From an uncultured delta proteobacterium (lineage in GTDB: Bacteria > Myxococcota_A > Polyangia > Polyangiales > Polyangiaceae), in assembly GCA_963809955.1 (NCBI GenBank), contig CAWELQ010000010.1:54667-118666 (forward strand): a stretch of 64,000 bases of DNA. Reading direction: 5' to 3'. The number at the start of each line of letters is the position of its first letter. Positions within the stretch are counted from its first letter, which is position 1. Below are positions 10,149 to 19,635 of this stretch, one piece after another. A program made the position numbers and the translations under genes. The notes under the pieces were generated by a model, which was not told the origin of the DNA, did no database searches, and saw only the letters and a program-made list of their open reading frames with translations.

Positions 10149-10331
10149 GTCCAGACCTCCGCTGAGGATTCGAATGGTAGGCCGACCGCAACGCAACCGG
10201 CCAACTTGATTCCTACATTATCCTACTTTTCATCACCTTGTAGGGAAATCATAACTTATTGAATTCGTTAGATAGCAAGGAACTTGGCCCGCTCCGTGGC
10301 CAGGGGTCACTCCTCGGGCGTGACTGACTGG

Positions 10332-11501
10332 ATGAAGCAAGCGATATGCCTGGCGTTTGTCTTGTGCCTGACGCTGGGCAGCCACAGCGGCAGCGCCGAG
10401 CCCGCTGCCGCACCCACGGCGCAAGCGCCCTTGCCCGCTCCGGTCGATCTGGAGCACCTCACGATCGAGGGCGAGCACGCGCTCGCGCCCGCTGGTGGTC
10501 TGCAGGCGACGCTCACGCTCGACGTGGGGCTCCAACGCCAGGTGCTCCGATTGCTGAGAGCCGCGCTCCCCGTGCAGGGCGCCGCCGTCGTCTTGGACGT
10601 CGAAACCGGTCGGGTGTTGGTCTGGGCAGACACCTCGAAACGGGGCCAGGAGAGCCTGCTCTACCGCGCCAGTGCGCCGGCCGCGAGCGTGTTCAAGCTG
10701 GTCACCACGGTAGCTCTATTCGAGCGCGGCGGCATCAACCCGCGGCAGACAGTGTGCATTCACGGCGGCGAGCACGGCATCTATCGGCGGCACTTGGACG
10801 AGGCAAAGGGACCGCACGCACTGTGCGCTCCCTTCTTCCAGGCGTTGGGACACAGCAGGAACGCCGTCTATGCGCAACTGGCCAACCACTATCTAATGCG
10901 AGACGACTTGCTCGAGGTAGCCGAGAAGCTCGGCTTCAATCACAGCTTGCCCTTCGACGTGGACGTGGAACTCGGAAGGTTGAAAGTGCCCTACAACAAT
11001 CTCGAGTTCGCGCGCACAGCCGCTGGCTTCACCCACAGCAGACTCACCCCTCTCGGTGCCGCCTACCTTTCTTTTCTGGTGGCCAACCGCGGACGCGCCG
11101 CTCGACTCTCCATCGTGGAGAGTCTGGGCGACTATCACGCCCCGGAACACAAGCAGGACCTGGGGCGGGTCCTGTCAGCCAATACGGCTTGGCGTATGGT
11201 GCGCATGATGGAGGTGACGGTTCGTGGGGGAACGTCGCTCGCCGCCTTCTCTGACGACCGGGGTCGGAGCTACCTCGGCTCGCTGCGGGCTGCCGGTAAA
11301 ACGGGCACTCTTCAGCTCACTCCCGATTCACCCACCACGAGTTGGTTCACGGGGTTTGCCCCGAGCCGCAAGCCCAAGGTCGTGGTTACCGTGCTGCTCC
11401 AAAACGGGAAAGTCTGGCACCGCAAGGCCAACGAGGTCGCGCGTGACGTATTGCGACAATACTTCGCGGACCGAGGCGTGAGAGGCATCACGGCCCCCTG
11501 A
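10332..11501 (+). CDS. Penicillin-binding-protein transpeptidase-domain protein (beta-lactamase/PBP-like, secreted)
   Basis: Signal peptide; SxxK = ASVFK, SxN = HSRN, KTG = AGKTGT in the correct order and spacing; no N-terminal dimerisation/glycosyltransferase domain. Confidence 0.7.
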   Translation: MKQAICLAFVLCLTLGSHSGSAEPAAAPTAQAPLPAPVDLEHLTIEGEHALAPAGGLQATLTLDVGLQRQVLRLLRAALPVQGAAVVLDVETGRVLVWADTSKRGQESLLYRASAPAASVFKLVTTVALFERGGINPRQTVCIHGGEHGIYRRHLDEAKGPHALCAPFFQALGHSRNAVYAQLANHYLMRDDLLEVAEKLGFNHSLPFDVDVELGRLKVPYNNLEFARTAAGFTHSRLTPLGAAYLSFLVANRGRAARLSIVESLGDYHAPEHKQDLGRVLSANTAWRMVRMMEVTVRGGTSLAAFSDDRGRSYLGSLRAAGKTGTLQLTPDSPTTSWFTGFAPSRKPKVVVTVLLQNGKVWHRKANEVARDVLRQYFADRGVRGITAP

Positions 11502-11590
11502 ACCAAGTGGGCAAGCGTAATGCGCTCGCTCACCTTGTCTCCATTCATGGTGAGCGGCACCACGTTAACGATGCGTGAATGCCTCGCACA

Positions 11591-11650
11591 GACCCACCAA
11601 ACATAGACCCGCCAAACATAGACCCGCCAAACATAGACCCGCCAGACAGG
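11591..11650. repeat. 15-bp tandem direct repeat, about 3.5 copies (gacccRccaaacata)
   Basis: gacccaccaaacata / gacccgccaaacata / gacccgccaaacata / gacccgccagacagg, head-to-tail; lies about 90 bp upstream of the lipoprotein start. Confidence 0.8.
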
Positions 11651-11739
11651 CGGAGTCGCACACTTTCGGTTTGCCGCTAGGTCAGGGGTGTGCTCTGGTA
11701 GTGTTGGTGGTTCCGTTACGCAATCGTAGTGCAAGGCGA

Positions 11740-12285
11740 GTGGCGCGCGTCGTGGGATCGCAGGCGGTATTGGGCACGCTCACCTTGCTGCTCGCTCTTG
11801 GCTGCGTACGACCCACCGCGCGCTCCATCGTCGGCCCCAGTGGTCAGCGCGTACTCTTCATCAGCTGCGGTGAAACCGGAGAATGCTACGAGTTGGCTGG
11901 GCGGCACTGTCCCCTGGGCTACGACATCCGGCAGGCACGCGGAGCAATGCCCGAAAGCTACTTGGTGTCCTGCAAGTCGAGAGCCATCTCCACGTCCGAA
12001 CAGCCGTACTACGCCCAACAGGTTGCGGAGCCTTACCCAAGCCCTACCTCGACTCCCGCAGGACGAATCGACGGGCGTACGGCGTCGCCGCCACCAAATG
12101 GTTGGCCCCCGACGGCTGAATCCGTAGACCCGGACAACCCTTGGTCGCAAGCGCCCCCGCCTCCCCCGCCTCCCCCGCCTCCCCCCAGTCCGCGCAAAGC
12201 GGCGAGGTTCCGAACGGGCTGTCGTTTCCCCGACCGATTGGCAACGAGGAGCTCGACATCGGCTACTGAGCTCAGTGCTCGATGA
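11740..12285 (+). CDS. Proline-rich lipoprotein
   Basis: GTG 11740 gives M-ARVVGSQAVLGTLTLLLALGC (signal plus Cys). Cys-containing mature domain (CGETGECYELAGRHCPLGY) and a C-terminal P12 run encoded by (cccccgcct)n. The upstream part of the ORF is the translated tandem repeat and is not believed coding. Confidence 0.45.
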   Translation: MARVVGSQAVLGTLTLLLALGCVRPTARSIVGPSGQRVLFISCGETGECYELAGRHCPLGYDIRQARGAMPESYLVSCKSRAISTSEQPYYAQQVAEPYPSPTSTPAGRIDGRTASPPPNGWPPTAESVDPDNPWSQAPPPPPPPPPPPSPRKAARFRTGCRFPDRLATRSSTSATELSAR

Positions 12286-13828
12286 GGCGATAGACGAGCT
12301 TGACGATCGCCAGAACCGCGAGCGGACCGGCGATCCAGAACGCGCGCGCGGGACCGACCTGCAGGGCTTCGCCTGTCTCCGAGGTATAGACCCAATCCAG
12401 AGCGGTGATGAGCGCGGCGACCGCCAAAAGCTTCAAGGGGCCACCGACCCTTTCCCCGAGCGAGCGGTGCGAGGGAGTGACGAGCTGAACGTGCCGGGCA
12501 ACCGCAGGCCTGGCGCGCAACTCGGCGAGGCTCGTGCTGAGCTCGAGTGAATCGGGTGGCGAGCGGTCCGCAGGGTCCATGCGAAAGCCACCGATGTTGG
12601 GTATCGCATCGACCTCGCCCGAACCGGGTGGACTGGCGGCAAATTCGTCGAAATCCTCCGTGGCTTCGCGCGAGGGCGGAGGCGAAGGAGCAGCCGCGCG
12701 GCGCCGCGACCGCGGAGGTGGGTCGGGAAGGAGCGAGCTCTCCAGATCGGGAATTTCGAGGTCGAGCGCCCTAGCAGCCTCGCCCGCGTCTCGCCGAGGA
12801 AGTCGAGGCAATGGGCCCGATGGCGGGCGAGCGGATGGCAAATCGATCACATGCGAAGGTGTCGCCCACACGCGGGTATCGGAGAGGCCAAGCGCCGTTT
12901 CCAGGTGATCCCAGAACTCGCCGATCCGGTGGTAGCGATCCTTCGGGTCCACGGCGAGCGCCTTCTGGAAAATGGCTTCGATGTCGTCCGAGGTCGCGAT
13001 GCCGAACGCCCGCGGCGTCGGGCGCAGCGTGGCGTCGATCGCCGCACCCATCACGGCATGCGCGTCGCCGTCGAGCGGGGTTCTGCCAGTGACGAGCTCT
13101 ACGAGCGTGAGCGCCAACCCCCAAATATCAGTCCACGTACCACTCTGCCCAAAGCGTTTCGGCAACCACTGCTCGGGCGCCCCGTAGCAGGGCGTGAAAG
13201 CACTGATTGTCGACTGTTCGATGGAGGTCCGCCCTACCAGCTGGGTGGCGGTGCGCTTGACCTTTCCGATGCCGAAGTCGAGAACCTTGATCGTCTCGCG
13301 ACCGTGCAGCTCCGTCACGAACAGGTTCTCCGGCTTCAAGTCCCGATGAAGGATCGAAACGAACCCTTCGGGCCCCGCGAAGCGGTGGGCCTGTTGCAGG
13401 GCGCGCGCCGCCGGTGCCAACAGCTGTACGGCCCGCCCGAGGCCCAGCGGCGGCTTGCCCCGAGCGCGGCGCTCGGCGATAAAAGCGTCCAGATTCCTCC
13501 CTGCCAGCCACTCCAGCGCGATGAAGGGCACGAAATCGACCCGCGGGCTCTCGAGAGTCCCCAGATGGAGCGGACGCACGACCGCGGGTATCGCAGCAGA
13601 CAGGCGAAACAAGAGCTCTCCTTCGGCCCGAAATTTCTCGAGAAACTCGGCCTGCTTCGCCTGCGTCAGCATGCCAGGGATCTTGAGGCACTTCAGGGCT
13701 ACATGCGCGCGAAACCCTTGATGGTGCGCGCGATAGACCACGGCGAACCCACCTTCCGCGACCACTTCCTCGACGCGGAATGCGCCGTCCTGAAGCGACC
13801 CCACGATGCCGAAAACGTCGTCCGCCAC
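12272..13828 (-). CDS. Ser/Thr protein kinase with Pro-rich linker and C-terminal membrane segments
   Basis: AEGGFAVVYRAH, VALKCL, HRDLKPENLF, DFGIGK, APEQ; C-terminal hydrophobic stretches (LKLLAVAALITALDWVY.., FWIAGPLAVLAIVKLV). Start set at GTG 13828 (VADDVFGIV) because the long ORF to 14119 would overlap the upstream gene by 190 bp. Confidence 0.8.
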   Translation of the reverse strand: MADDVFGIVGSLQDGAFRVEEVVAEGGFAVVYRAHHQGFRAHVALKCLKIPGMLTQAKQAEFLEKFRAEGELLFRLSAAIPAVVRPLHLGTLESPRVDFVPFIALEWLAGRNLDAFIAERRARGKPPLGLGRAVQLLAPAARALQQAHRFAGPEGFVSILHRDLKPENLFVTELHGRETIKVLDFGIGKVKRTATQLVGRTSIEQSTISAFTPCYGAPEQWLPKRFGQSGTWTDIWGLALTLVELVTGRTPLDGDAHAVMGAAIDATLRPTPRAFGIATSDDIEAIFQKALAVDPKDRYHRIGEFWDHLETALGLSDTRVWATPSHVIDLPSARPPSGPLPRLPRRDAGEAARALDLEIPDLESSLLPDPPPRSRRRAAAPSPPPSREATEDFDEFAASPPGSGEVDAIPNIGGFRMDPADRSPPDSLELSTSLAELRARPAVARHVQLVTPSHRSLGERVGGPLKLLAVAALITALDWVYTSETGEALQVGPARAFWIAGPLAVLAIVKLVYRLIEH

Positions 13829-13928
13829 GCGAGGGAGTCTATCACCGGCAGCCGCCTCGCGCGTGCCTGTCGAGAGAGGCTCCTCGTAGAATGGAGGACC
13901 GCCCCCTTCGAGCCATGGGGGGCCGGCT

Positions 13929-15653
13929 TCAATGTCGGCGACGCCGGACGGCCATGACAGCCGCGCCGAGCAACGCCAGCACGGAGAGTGGGGTGTGTGG
14001 TGACGCGCCCCCCACGACCCGACATCCACAACTTTGCTTCTTCGGTTCTTCGACCGGTTTGGGTTTGTCCTGCTTTGTTTCCTCTTTGGCACCGACAATG
14101 CCCAGTTCGGGCACTGCACTCAGGATGACCTTCTCGGGCTTGATCTGGGTGCGGCTCTTGCGCGTGAGATCCTCCGCCACCCAGGTCTTGCGCAGGCGCA
14201 TGACCTCACGCGGCCGCTTGCCCCAACGCCAGCGCTGCGGGTGCTCGCACTTGATGGCCTTGATGCTGGGTTCCAGGTAGTTGAAGCGGATCTGCAGCTT
14301 ACTGGTGTCCGCCGGCTTCACCTCCGAAGACGCTTCGCCTTTGGGCCCCTTGGGCAATGCAATGCCACCCTGCACGTGACCGGTTGGCCCGATCTTCAAG
14401 TCGTCGGTAAGGCTCTTGTCGTTGTATCGGAAGTGCAGCCGCGAAATGATGTACTCATTGCGCTCTTGCAGAGCCTTTACGTAGGCAATCTGAGCACGCT
14501 CTTCCTCCCAAGTCTTCCTGGCCTCTTTCTTCTCCTTGGGCGTCTTGCCTTCCAGGGTGGCCTTGAACTTCTCTTCTTCTTCCTTGGTAGGCTCGGCAGG
14601 TTCGGGGCGGCGTTCCGCCTCTGGGATGGCTTCCTCGAACGCGTCGCCTCCCAGCGACATCAGCTCGGACACGGACAACGGAGCGTCCGGGCAAGGCTGT
14701 CCGCAGCCCTTCACCGGCCAGGCAAACTCCGCCAGAACGGTCTTTGGATCCTTGGCAAGCAGTTCGTCGTAAACGGCGTTGTAGAATTCTCCAACGCGCT
14801 CCCACACATCCTTGGTCACCGTGACGTTGGTTGGTGGAACGATGGTCTTGTAGTTCTTCACCTCGTACTGCTTATCGGGATCGAAGACGTACAGCACCAC
14901 CTCCTGGAAATCGGGAGCCGACAGCAACCCCAGTTTCGCCGGGAACGTGTCGTAGCTCTGATCGGTCCAGAACCGAATCGGTGATAGCTGCGCACGCTCG
15001 CCGCCCACCAGCTCGATGCGATTGGCGTCCACTTTCGCGACCAGGAGCTTCATGCCTTGCTTCATGTAGGGAGCGAGCGCCTGCTCCGCGCCGTCAGGCA
15101 GCTTCAGACCTTGTCCGGAAACCCAGCTCTCGAGCGCAGCGACGTCATCCAGCACCGACAGCTCGTATTCGCCCTTCTTCTGTTTGGCTTCGGTATCGAC
15201 GAACAGCTCCTTGGCCACCTTCTTCGTCGGGTCCGTCTTGAACTGACCCAACACGGCGCCATGATCGGAGGCCTTGAGGTTACGCTCCCATTCCTGCCCC
15301 CACTCACCGGGTTCGCACGGGTCGGGTTCGTAGAAGTCGTGGAAGCGCGGCGCGCTCAGCTTGTCGACGCGATCGACGTACTCACGCTTGAGCGTTGCCA
15401 CCCGTTCCGGGGTCACGTCACCGGGAACCACCATCACCACTGCGAAGTCCTCGATCGGCCCTTCATAGTCGGCCATGACCGTGACCGCGGTACGCTCACC
15501 GCGCTTCATGATCACGGCCTGGGTCGAATGCACCACGGCCTTCTCGCCACCCTTTCCGGCGATGAATCCTGGAAACGCTGCCGAGCTGCGGGGAACCAGC
15601 AGAAAGCCGAGAGCCAAGACGAGAGCGAGGAGACTGGGTTTTCGTGTCATCAT
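13929..15653 (-). CDS. Secreted protein with MYXO-CTERM-type C-terminal sorting signal (possibly DUF2330-like)
   Basis: N-terminal signal LLALVLALGFLLVPRSSAA; Lys/Glu-rich middle. C-terminus ...SCGCRVVGGASPHTPLSVLALLGAAVMAVRRRRH = Cys-Gly-Cys, hydrophobic helix, Arg cluster, the MYXO-CTERM pattern restricted to Myxococcota. Confidence 0.75.
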   Translation of the reverse strand: MMTRKPSLLALVLALGFLLVPRSSAAFPGFIAGKGGEKAVVHSTQAVIMKRGERTAVTVMADYEGPIEDFAVVMVVPGDVTPERVATLKREYVDRVDKLSAPRFHDFYEPDPCEPGEWGQEWERNLKASDHGAVLGQFKTDPTKKVAKELFVDTEAKQKKGEYELSVLDDVAALESWVSGQGLKLPDGAEQALAPYMKQGMKLLVAKVDANRIELVGGERAQLSPIRFWTDQSYDTFPAKLGLLSAPDFQEVVLYVFDPDKQYEVKNYKTIVPPTNVTVTKDVWERVGEFYNAVYDELLAKDPKTVLAEFAWPVKGCGQPCPDAPLSVSELMSLGGDAFEEAIPEAERRPEPAEPTKEEEEKFKATLEGKTPKEKKEARKTWEEERAQIAYVKALQERNEYIISRLHFRYNDKSLTDDLKIGPTGHVQGGIALPKGPKGEASSEVKPADTSKLQIRFNYLEPSIKAIKCEHPQRWRWGKRPREVMRLRKTWVAEDLTRKSRTQIKPEKVILSAVPELGIVGAKEETKQDKPKPVEEPKKQSCGCRVVGGASPHTPLSVLALLGAAVMAVRRRRH

Positions 15654-15924
15654 TTGGGTTCGTGAGGCTATCAGAAGGTTTTCCTATTCCCAGACTCGAA
15701 GCGGCAAAACTCCGGCAAAAAGGCCCGAGCCGAGTGGCGCCAAAAATCTCAGCTGGCGCGAATTGGCGCCAAGATCGGCCCGGCGGCCTGGCCATCCCGC
15801 GCCAGATCGCGTGCAATCCGCGTCCCGCCGTGAGCTGTGGCCCGCGGTCAATCCCGGCCCTAGGCTTGAGGCTCGAGCCGGGGCGCGGCAAGCCTCGTCA
15901 GACTTCTTGAGGCGCGTTTCGCAT

Positions 15925-16524
15925 TTGGCCCTTACCCTAGACCTCGTCAGACAAGCACTGAACCCCAACGTTCACGGCGATTCAGTTCCCCCGGAGCGCG
16001 AGAGCGGCATCACGCTCAGGGCTGCCGTGGCGGCCATACTCAGTCAGCGGGAGCCGCTACAATTGTTGTTCATCAAGAGAGCGGAGGTCGCGCATGACCC
16101 CTGGAGCGCACACATGGCGTTCCCGGGCGGCAAAGTGGACCCGGGCGATCCGAGCTTTTTGGCAACCGCCCTCCGCGAAACACGCGAAGAATTGGGCATC
16201 GACTTGAACGCGTCGGCCGAGTACCTCGGCCCCCTACCGGCTCAAGGGGCCAACCGGAAAGGCTCGAGGCTGCTGATCCAACCGTTCGTCTTCTCGTTGA
16301 CCGAGAGCCCACGACTGGAGCCCAACCACGAGGTGGACCGAGTGATCTGGGTCGACCTCGACTCGCTCGGCAATGGTACCCGAGAGACCACGCTGCACTA
16401 CGAACACGAGGGGCGCAGATTGAGTTTTCCCGCTTGGGAAGTCGAAGGCCACCAGGTTTGGGGGCTGACCTATCGAATGGTTCGTTCCCTACTCGAGCTC
16501 TTGGGAAGCCCAAAACATGGATGA
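15925..16524 (+). CDS. NUDIX hydrolase (CoA pyrophosphatase NudL-like)
   Basis: Nudix box GGKVDPGDPSFLATALRETREELGI (Gx5Ex7REUxEExGU). Start uncertain (TTG 15925 or GTG about 16028); the upstream 150 codons of the ORF are Arg/Pro low-complexity. Confidence 0.65.
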   Translation: MALTLDLVRQALNPNVHGDSVPPERESGITLRAAVAAILSQREPLQLLFIKRAEVAHDPWSAHMAFPGGKVDPGDPSFLATALRETREELGIDLNASAEYLGPLPAQGANRKGSRLLIQPFVFSLTESPRLEPNHEVDRVIWVDLDSLGNGTRETTLHYEHEGRRLSFPAWEVEGHQVWGLTYRMVRSLLELLGSPKHG

Positions 16525-17206
16525 CCTCCGCCTGGCAGCGCGGACGGCCATCGAGCGTTGTCCGCATTGCGGTAACGAGGCTGGCCTCGAGCTTTCCCAG
16601 GACCTCGTCTATCGATGCCGCATTTGCGGGGGTCCTCGTGTGCCCATCGTGGCAGCTCGGGTCGAGCGTTCCGGAGCAGAGGCCAGGCTGCTCAAGGAAG
16701 CCGAGCGCGCACATCGTTCTGCCTGGCTGCTGAGAGCCCTTTGGGTAGTCGCGGGAGTGACCGGAGGGTTCGCCTTCGCATTGACCTTCCTCACGCTCTT
16801 GTTGTTGTCGGCGTTGACCAGCGCCTGGGCCAGCCTGCTCGCATTCGCCGCACTCCCCCTTGGGCTCGCCTTTTGGGCAAGGCAGCGGTCGCTCAAAGCT
16901 CGTCGCCGAAGGGCGGACGCCCTGAACGATGCCTGGACCAGCGTCGCTCACGAGCTATTGGTCGCGACTCCGGGCGAACTCACTTCGGAACAACTGGCGG
17001 GGTTCATGCTGACCAACGAGGCTCGCGCCAATCAGCTGTTGGCGCAGCTCAACGTCGACGACCGCGTCCGCTCCCGCGTCACGGAAGATGGACAGGTCGT
17101 CTATTCGACTCGAACGCCACGCCTGCGTATTTCGGCGGACCCCCTGGACACCGAGCTCACCGGAGAGGTCCAAACCGCCGAAGAGACCCGCGACCACCTG
17201 AAATGA
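16517..17206 (+). CDS. Membrane protein with N-terminal zinc ribbon (CPHCG...CRICG) and two TM helices
   Basis: CxxC-x17-CxxC at the N-terminus; hydrophobic segments ALWVVAGVTGGFAFALTFLTLLLL and LLAFAALPLGLAFWA. Start overlaps the NUDIX gene end by 8 nt. Confidence 0.55.
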   Translation: MDDLRLAARTAIERCPHCGNEAGLELSQDLVYRCRICGGPRVPIVAARVERSGAEARLLKEAERAHRSAWLLRALWVVAGVTGGFAFALTFLTLLLLSALTSAWASLLAFAALPLGLAFWARQRSLKARRRRADALNDAWTSVAHELLVATPGELTSEQLAGFMLTNEARANQLLAQLNVDDRVRSRVTEDGQVVYSTRTPRLRISADPLDTELTGEVQTAEETRDHLK

Positions 17207-17444
17207 TCGCGCTGTCGGCTCCGACCCCACCTCACGCTCATGCTCGATGCGCTCGTGAGGCCAACTGCCACGCTCTCAGGACACATGGAAATGCCTCGGC
17301 GAAAGCCTCTCGGCCGGGCGCCCCGTGCTACTTGACGTCAAAGTCGGTTTCGGATCATGGTCGCGTCCTCATGCGGACTTGCCTCCCAGAAACGCCCCAC
17401 TCTGCGTCGAGTCCGCCGGGAACAGAGCCAACTGGTGCTGTTCG

Positions 17445-18485
17445 ATGAAGGCGCATCAAGAGGGCTCGCCCCTGGGCGTCACTGCAGCAGCACGCCGCCT
17501 GTTCGAGGAACTGGCGGTTCAAGACTGGCTCGTGTTGATCTACTTCGTCGTGTTGCTGGTGTGCGCCGGGGCGGCGGACCCGTCGGCCTTGCGGGACCGC
17601 TGCCTCGTCGGGTTGGGCTCGCTGATGGCTGGCCTCGTCGCCTGTCTGTTGACCGTGCGGCTGCGCATCGTGACCGGGACCTTTTGGAGTCCCTTCTTGT
17701 ACCGGCTGGGTGTCTACGGCTCCGTTCAGGCAAGCTACTTCTTCCTGCGCGATCTGTTGCCCATCGTGAACGACACTCGAACGTTCGACAGCGCGCTCTA
17801 CCACTTGGATCTCATGTTCTTCGGCTTCGAACCGGCGCTGTATCTACAGCACTGGGTGTCGCCGCTCACCACCGAGTGGTTTTCCTTCTTCTACTTCAGC
17901 TACTTCTGTTTGTTGGCCTTTCACATCTTTCCGGTGCTCGCGCTGGCGCGCGACCAGCAGTTGCTCGGAGAGTTTTGCTTCTCGATGCTGTGGTTGTTCT
18001 GCGCCGGACACTTCCTTTACCTGCTGGTTCCCGGTTACGGCCCCGTGGTCGCGTTACGTGCTGATTTCGCCACCGAGCTGCCGCGTGGGCTCTGGTACGA
18101 CATGGTCATGGGGACAGTGTCCTCGGCGGGCGCGCAGATGGACATATTTCCCTCGCTGCACACGGCTGCGCCGGTCTTCTTCACCCTCTTCTCCTATCGG
18201 CACCGCGATCGCGTACCATTCCGTTTCACCTGGCCTGTGATCGGGTGCTTTTCGCTCAATATCATGGTCGCGACCATGTACCTGCGCTGGCACTGGGTCA
18301 TCGATGTGGTCGCAGGGGTGCTGCACGCCGGCACCGCCGTCTTCTTGGCTCGCGTGCTCACGCGCCACGAACTCACGCGGCGTGCACGCCTTGGCTTGAC
18401 TGCGAACTGGCCGAACTTTGCGTCTCGGGTTCGAGCAAGAGGCTCGCGCCCGAGCGTCAGCCCCGAAGAACTCAGGGCCGCGTGA
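17445..18485 (+). CDS. PAP2-superfamily membrane phosphatase / phosphotransferase-like protein
   Basis: Multi-TM; FPSLHT (PSGH-like) and RWHWVIDVVAG (SRxxxxxHxxxD-like) motifs near the C-terminus. ATG 17445 preferred over GTG 17325. Confidence 0.55.
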   Translation: MKAHQEGSPLGVTAAARRLFEELAVQDWLVLIYFVVLLVCAGAADPSALRDRCLVGLGSLMAGLVACLLTVRLRIVTGTFWSPFLYRLGVYGSVQASYFFLRDLLPIVNDTRTFDSALYHLDLMFFGFEPALYLQHWVSPLTTEWFSFFYFSYFCLLAFHIFPVLALARDQQLLGEFCFSMLWLFCAGHFLYLLVPGYGPVVALRADFATELPRGLWYDMVMGTVSSAGAQMDIFPSLHTAAPVFFTLFSYRHRDRVPFRFTWPVIGCFSLNIMVATMYLRWHWVIDVVAGVLHAGTAVFLARVLTRHELTRRARLGLTANWPNFASRVRARGSRPSVSPEELRAA

Positions 18486-18536
18486 CTCGTAGGCGCGCGA
18501 CGGGCCCCGGCGCGCGCCGAGCCCGCCGCCCGAGCG

Positions 18537-19229
18537 TCACTTCTCGAAAACCTGCGCGGCCGCCACCCCATTGCCAGCCGCCACGCTGAGGATCAGGTTC
18601 ATCGGACCCGGCGCGGGCAGCGCCCACTTGAAGCAGTTCGGCTTCTTGCCAATGATAGCAGTCGCACCAGTGTCCTGGTCCGCAGCCGCCGTGAGGTTGA
18701 CTCCGGGAATGGCGGGCGTGAGCTGGATATTGACCTCGGTGACGGGAGGAGCCCCCGCCGCTACGATCGTGTAGCACTTGCCCGGCTGCATCTGGATTTG
18801 CTGCTGGAGCGATTGTCCCTGCTGAAACTGGCCAGCGATCGCGGAACCGACGGGCTTCGAACCGGCAACCATTTGCTGCTGTGCCAGCGGAGTGATCAGC
18901 GCCGTGGCAGCCGCTGCAGCATTCGGGTCGAGCGGGGTGGCGTTGGGGCCCGCCGTGCTCGTGTGGACATCCCCGGCGGGAGTGGTCGTGGTCCCGGCAG
19001 TCGCCGCAGGCGGCGCGGCAGGAGGCGGCGCGGCGGTGGGTGGAGGTGCAGCGCCCGGCGGCGGCTGATTTTGGTATTGGCAGTATTGCCCGTCGAAGTA
19101 CTGCCCTGGCGGACACTGCACCGGCTGGGGTGCCACGTTGGCTTCCTTTTCGTCACCACCGCAGCCCAGGCTGAGTGCGGCAATGCCAGTCGAAGTCAGT
19201 GCCAGAAGCAGATGCGTGCGTAGATACAT
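18537..19229 (-). CDS. Lipoprotein, Pro/Ala/Gln-rich, unknown function
   Basis: Signal plus lipobox LLALTSTGIAALSLGCGGDEK; Cys pair CPPGQYFDGQYC; low-complexity PPPGAAPPPTAAPPP linker. Confidence 0.55.
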   Translation of the reverse strand: MYLRTHLLLALTSTGIAALSLGCGGDEKEANVAPQPVQCPPGQYFDGQYCQYQNQPPPGAAPPPTAAPPPAAPPAATAGTTTTPAGDVHTSTAGPNATPLDPNAAAAATALITPLAQQQMVAGSKPVGSAIAGQFQQGQSLQQQIQMQPGKCYTIVAAGAPPVTEVNIQLTPAIPGVNLTAAADQDTGATAIIGKKPNCFKWALPAPGPMNLILSVAAGNGVAAAQVFEK

Positions 19230-19635
19230 TCCTTCGCTCCCTTCAAGAGACGGGTAGCGACCAAGGTGGCCGCGGTGGGTGGAGAGTGTAGACGAATAGG
19301 AAACGGGTTTTCACCCTCGTGCTTACGCTCCAGCCCTTTTGTCTACGGTCCCATGCCTACTCGAGCGACACGGCCCTCGGGCCAGCGACTGGCGGACGCC
19401 ACTTCGCCGCCTGCGGGGCGACCGGGTCGAGGTGTGGCCAGACAGCCAGGGCGAGTGCGGGCCAGCTCTCGTCCGCTGAGCCGACCACGAGCGCCGTACC
19501 GCGGCGACGAGGTTTGCGCCATCTGCGCAGGCACCGCAAGGGTGGACGCCGCCAAAGCATGGAAACATGAGCTACTCGGCCGCTGTCATGGCACATTCGA
19601 GCATGATTCAATCTGCATTTCGTGGGTTATACGAC

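Noticed and set aside
12033-12395. Minus-strand ORF encoding a poly-Gly run
   Set aside because: It is the reverse complement of the proline-run (ccc)n repeat of the lipoprotein gene; no independent support
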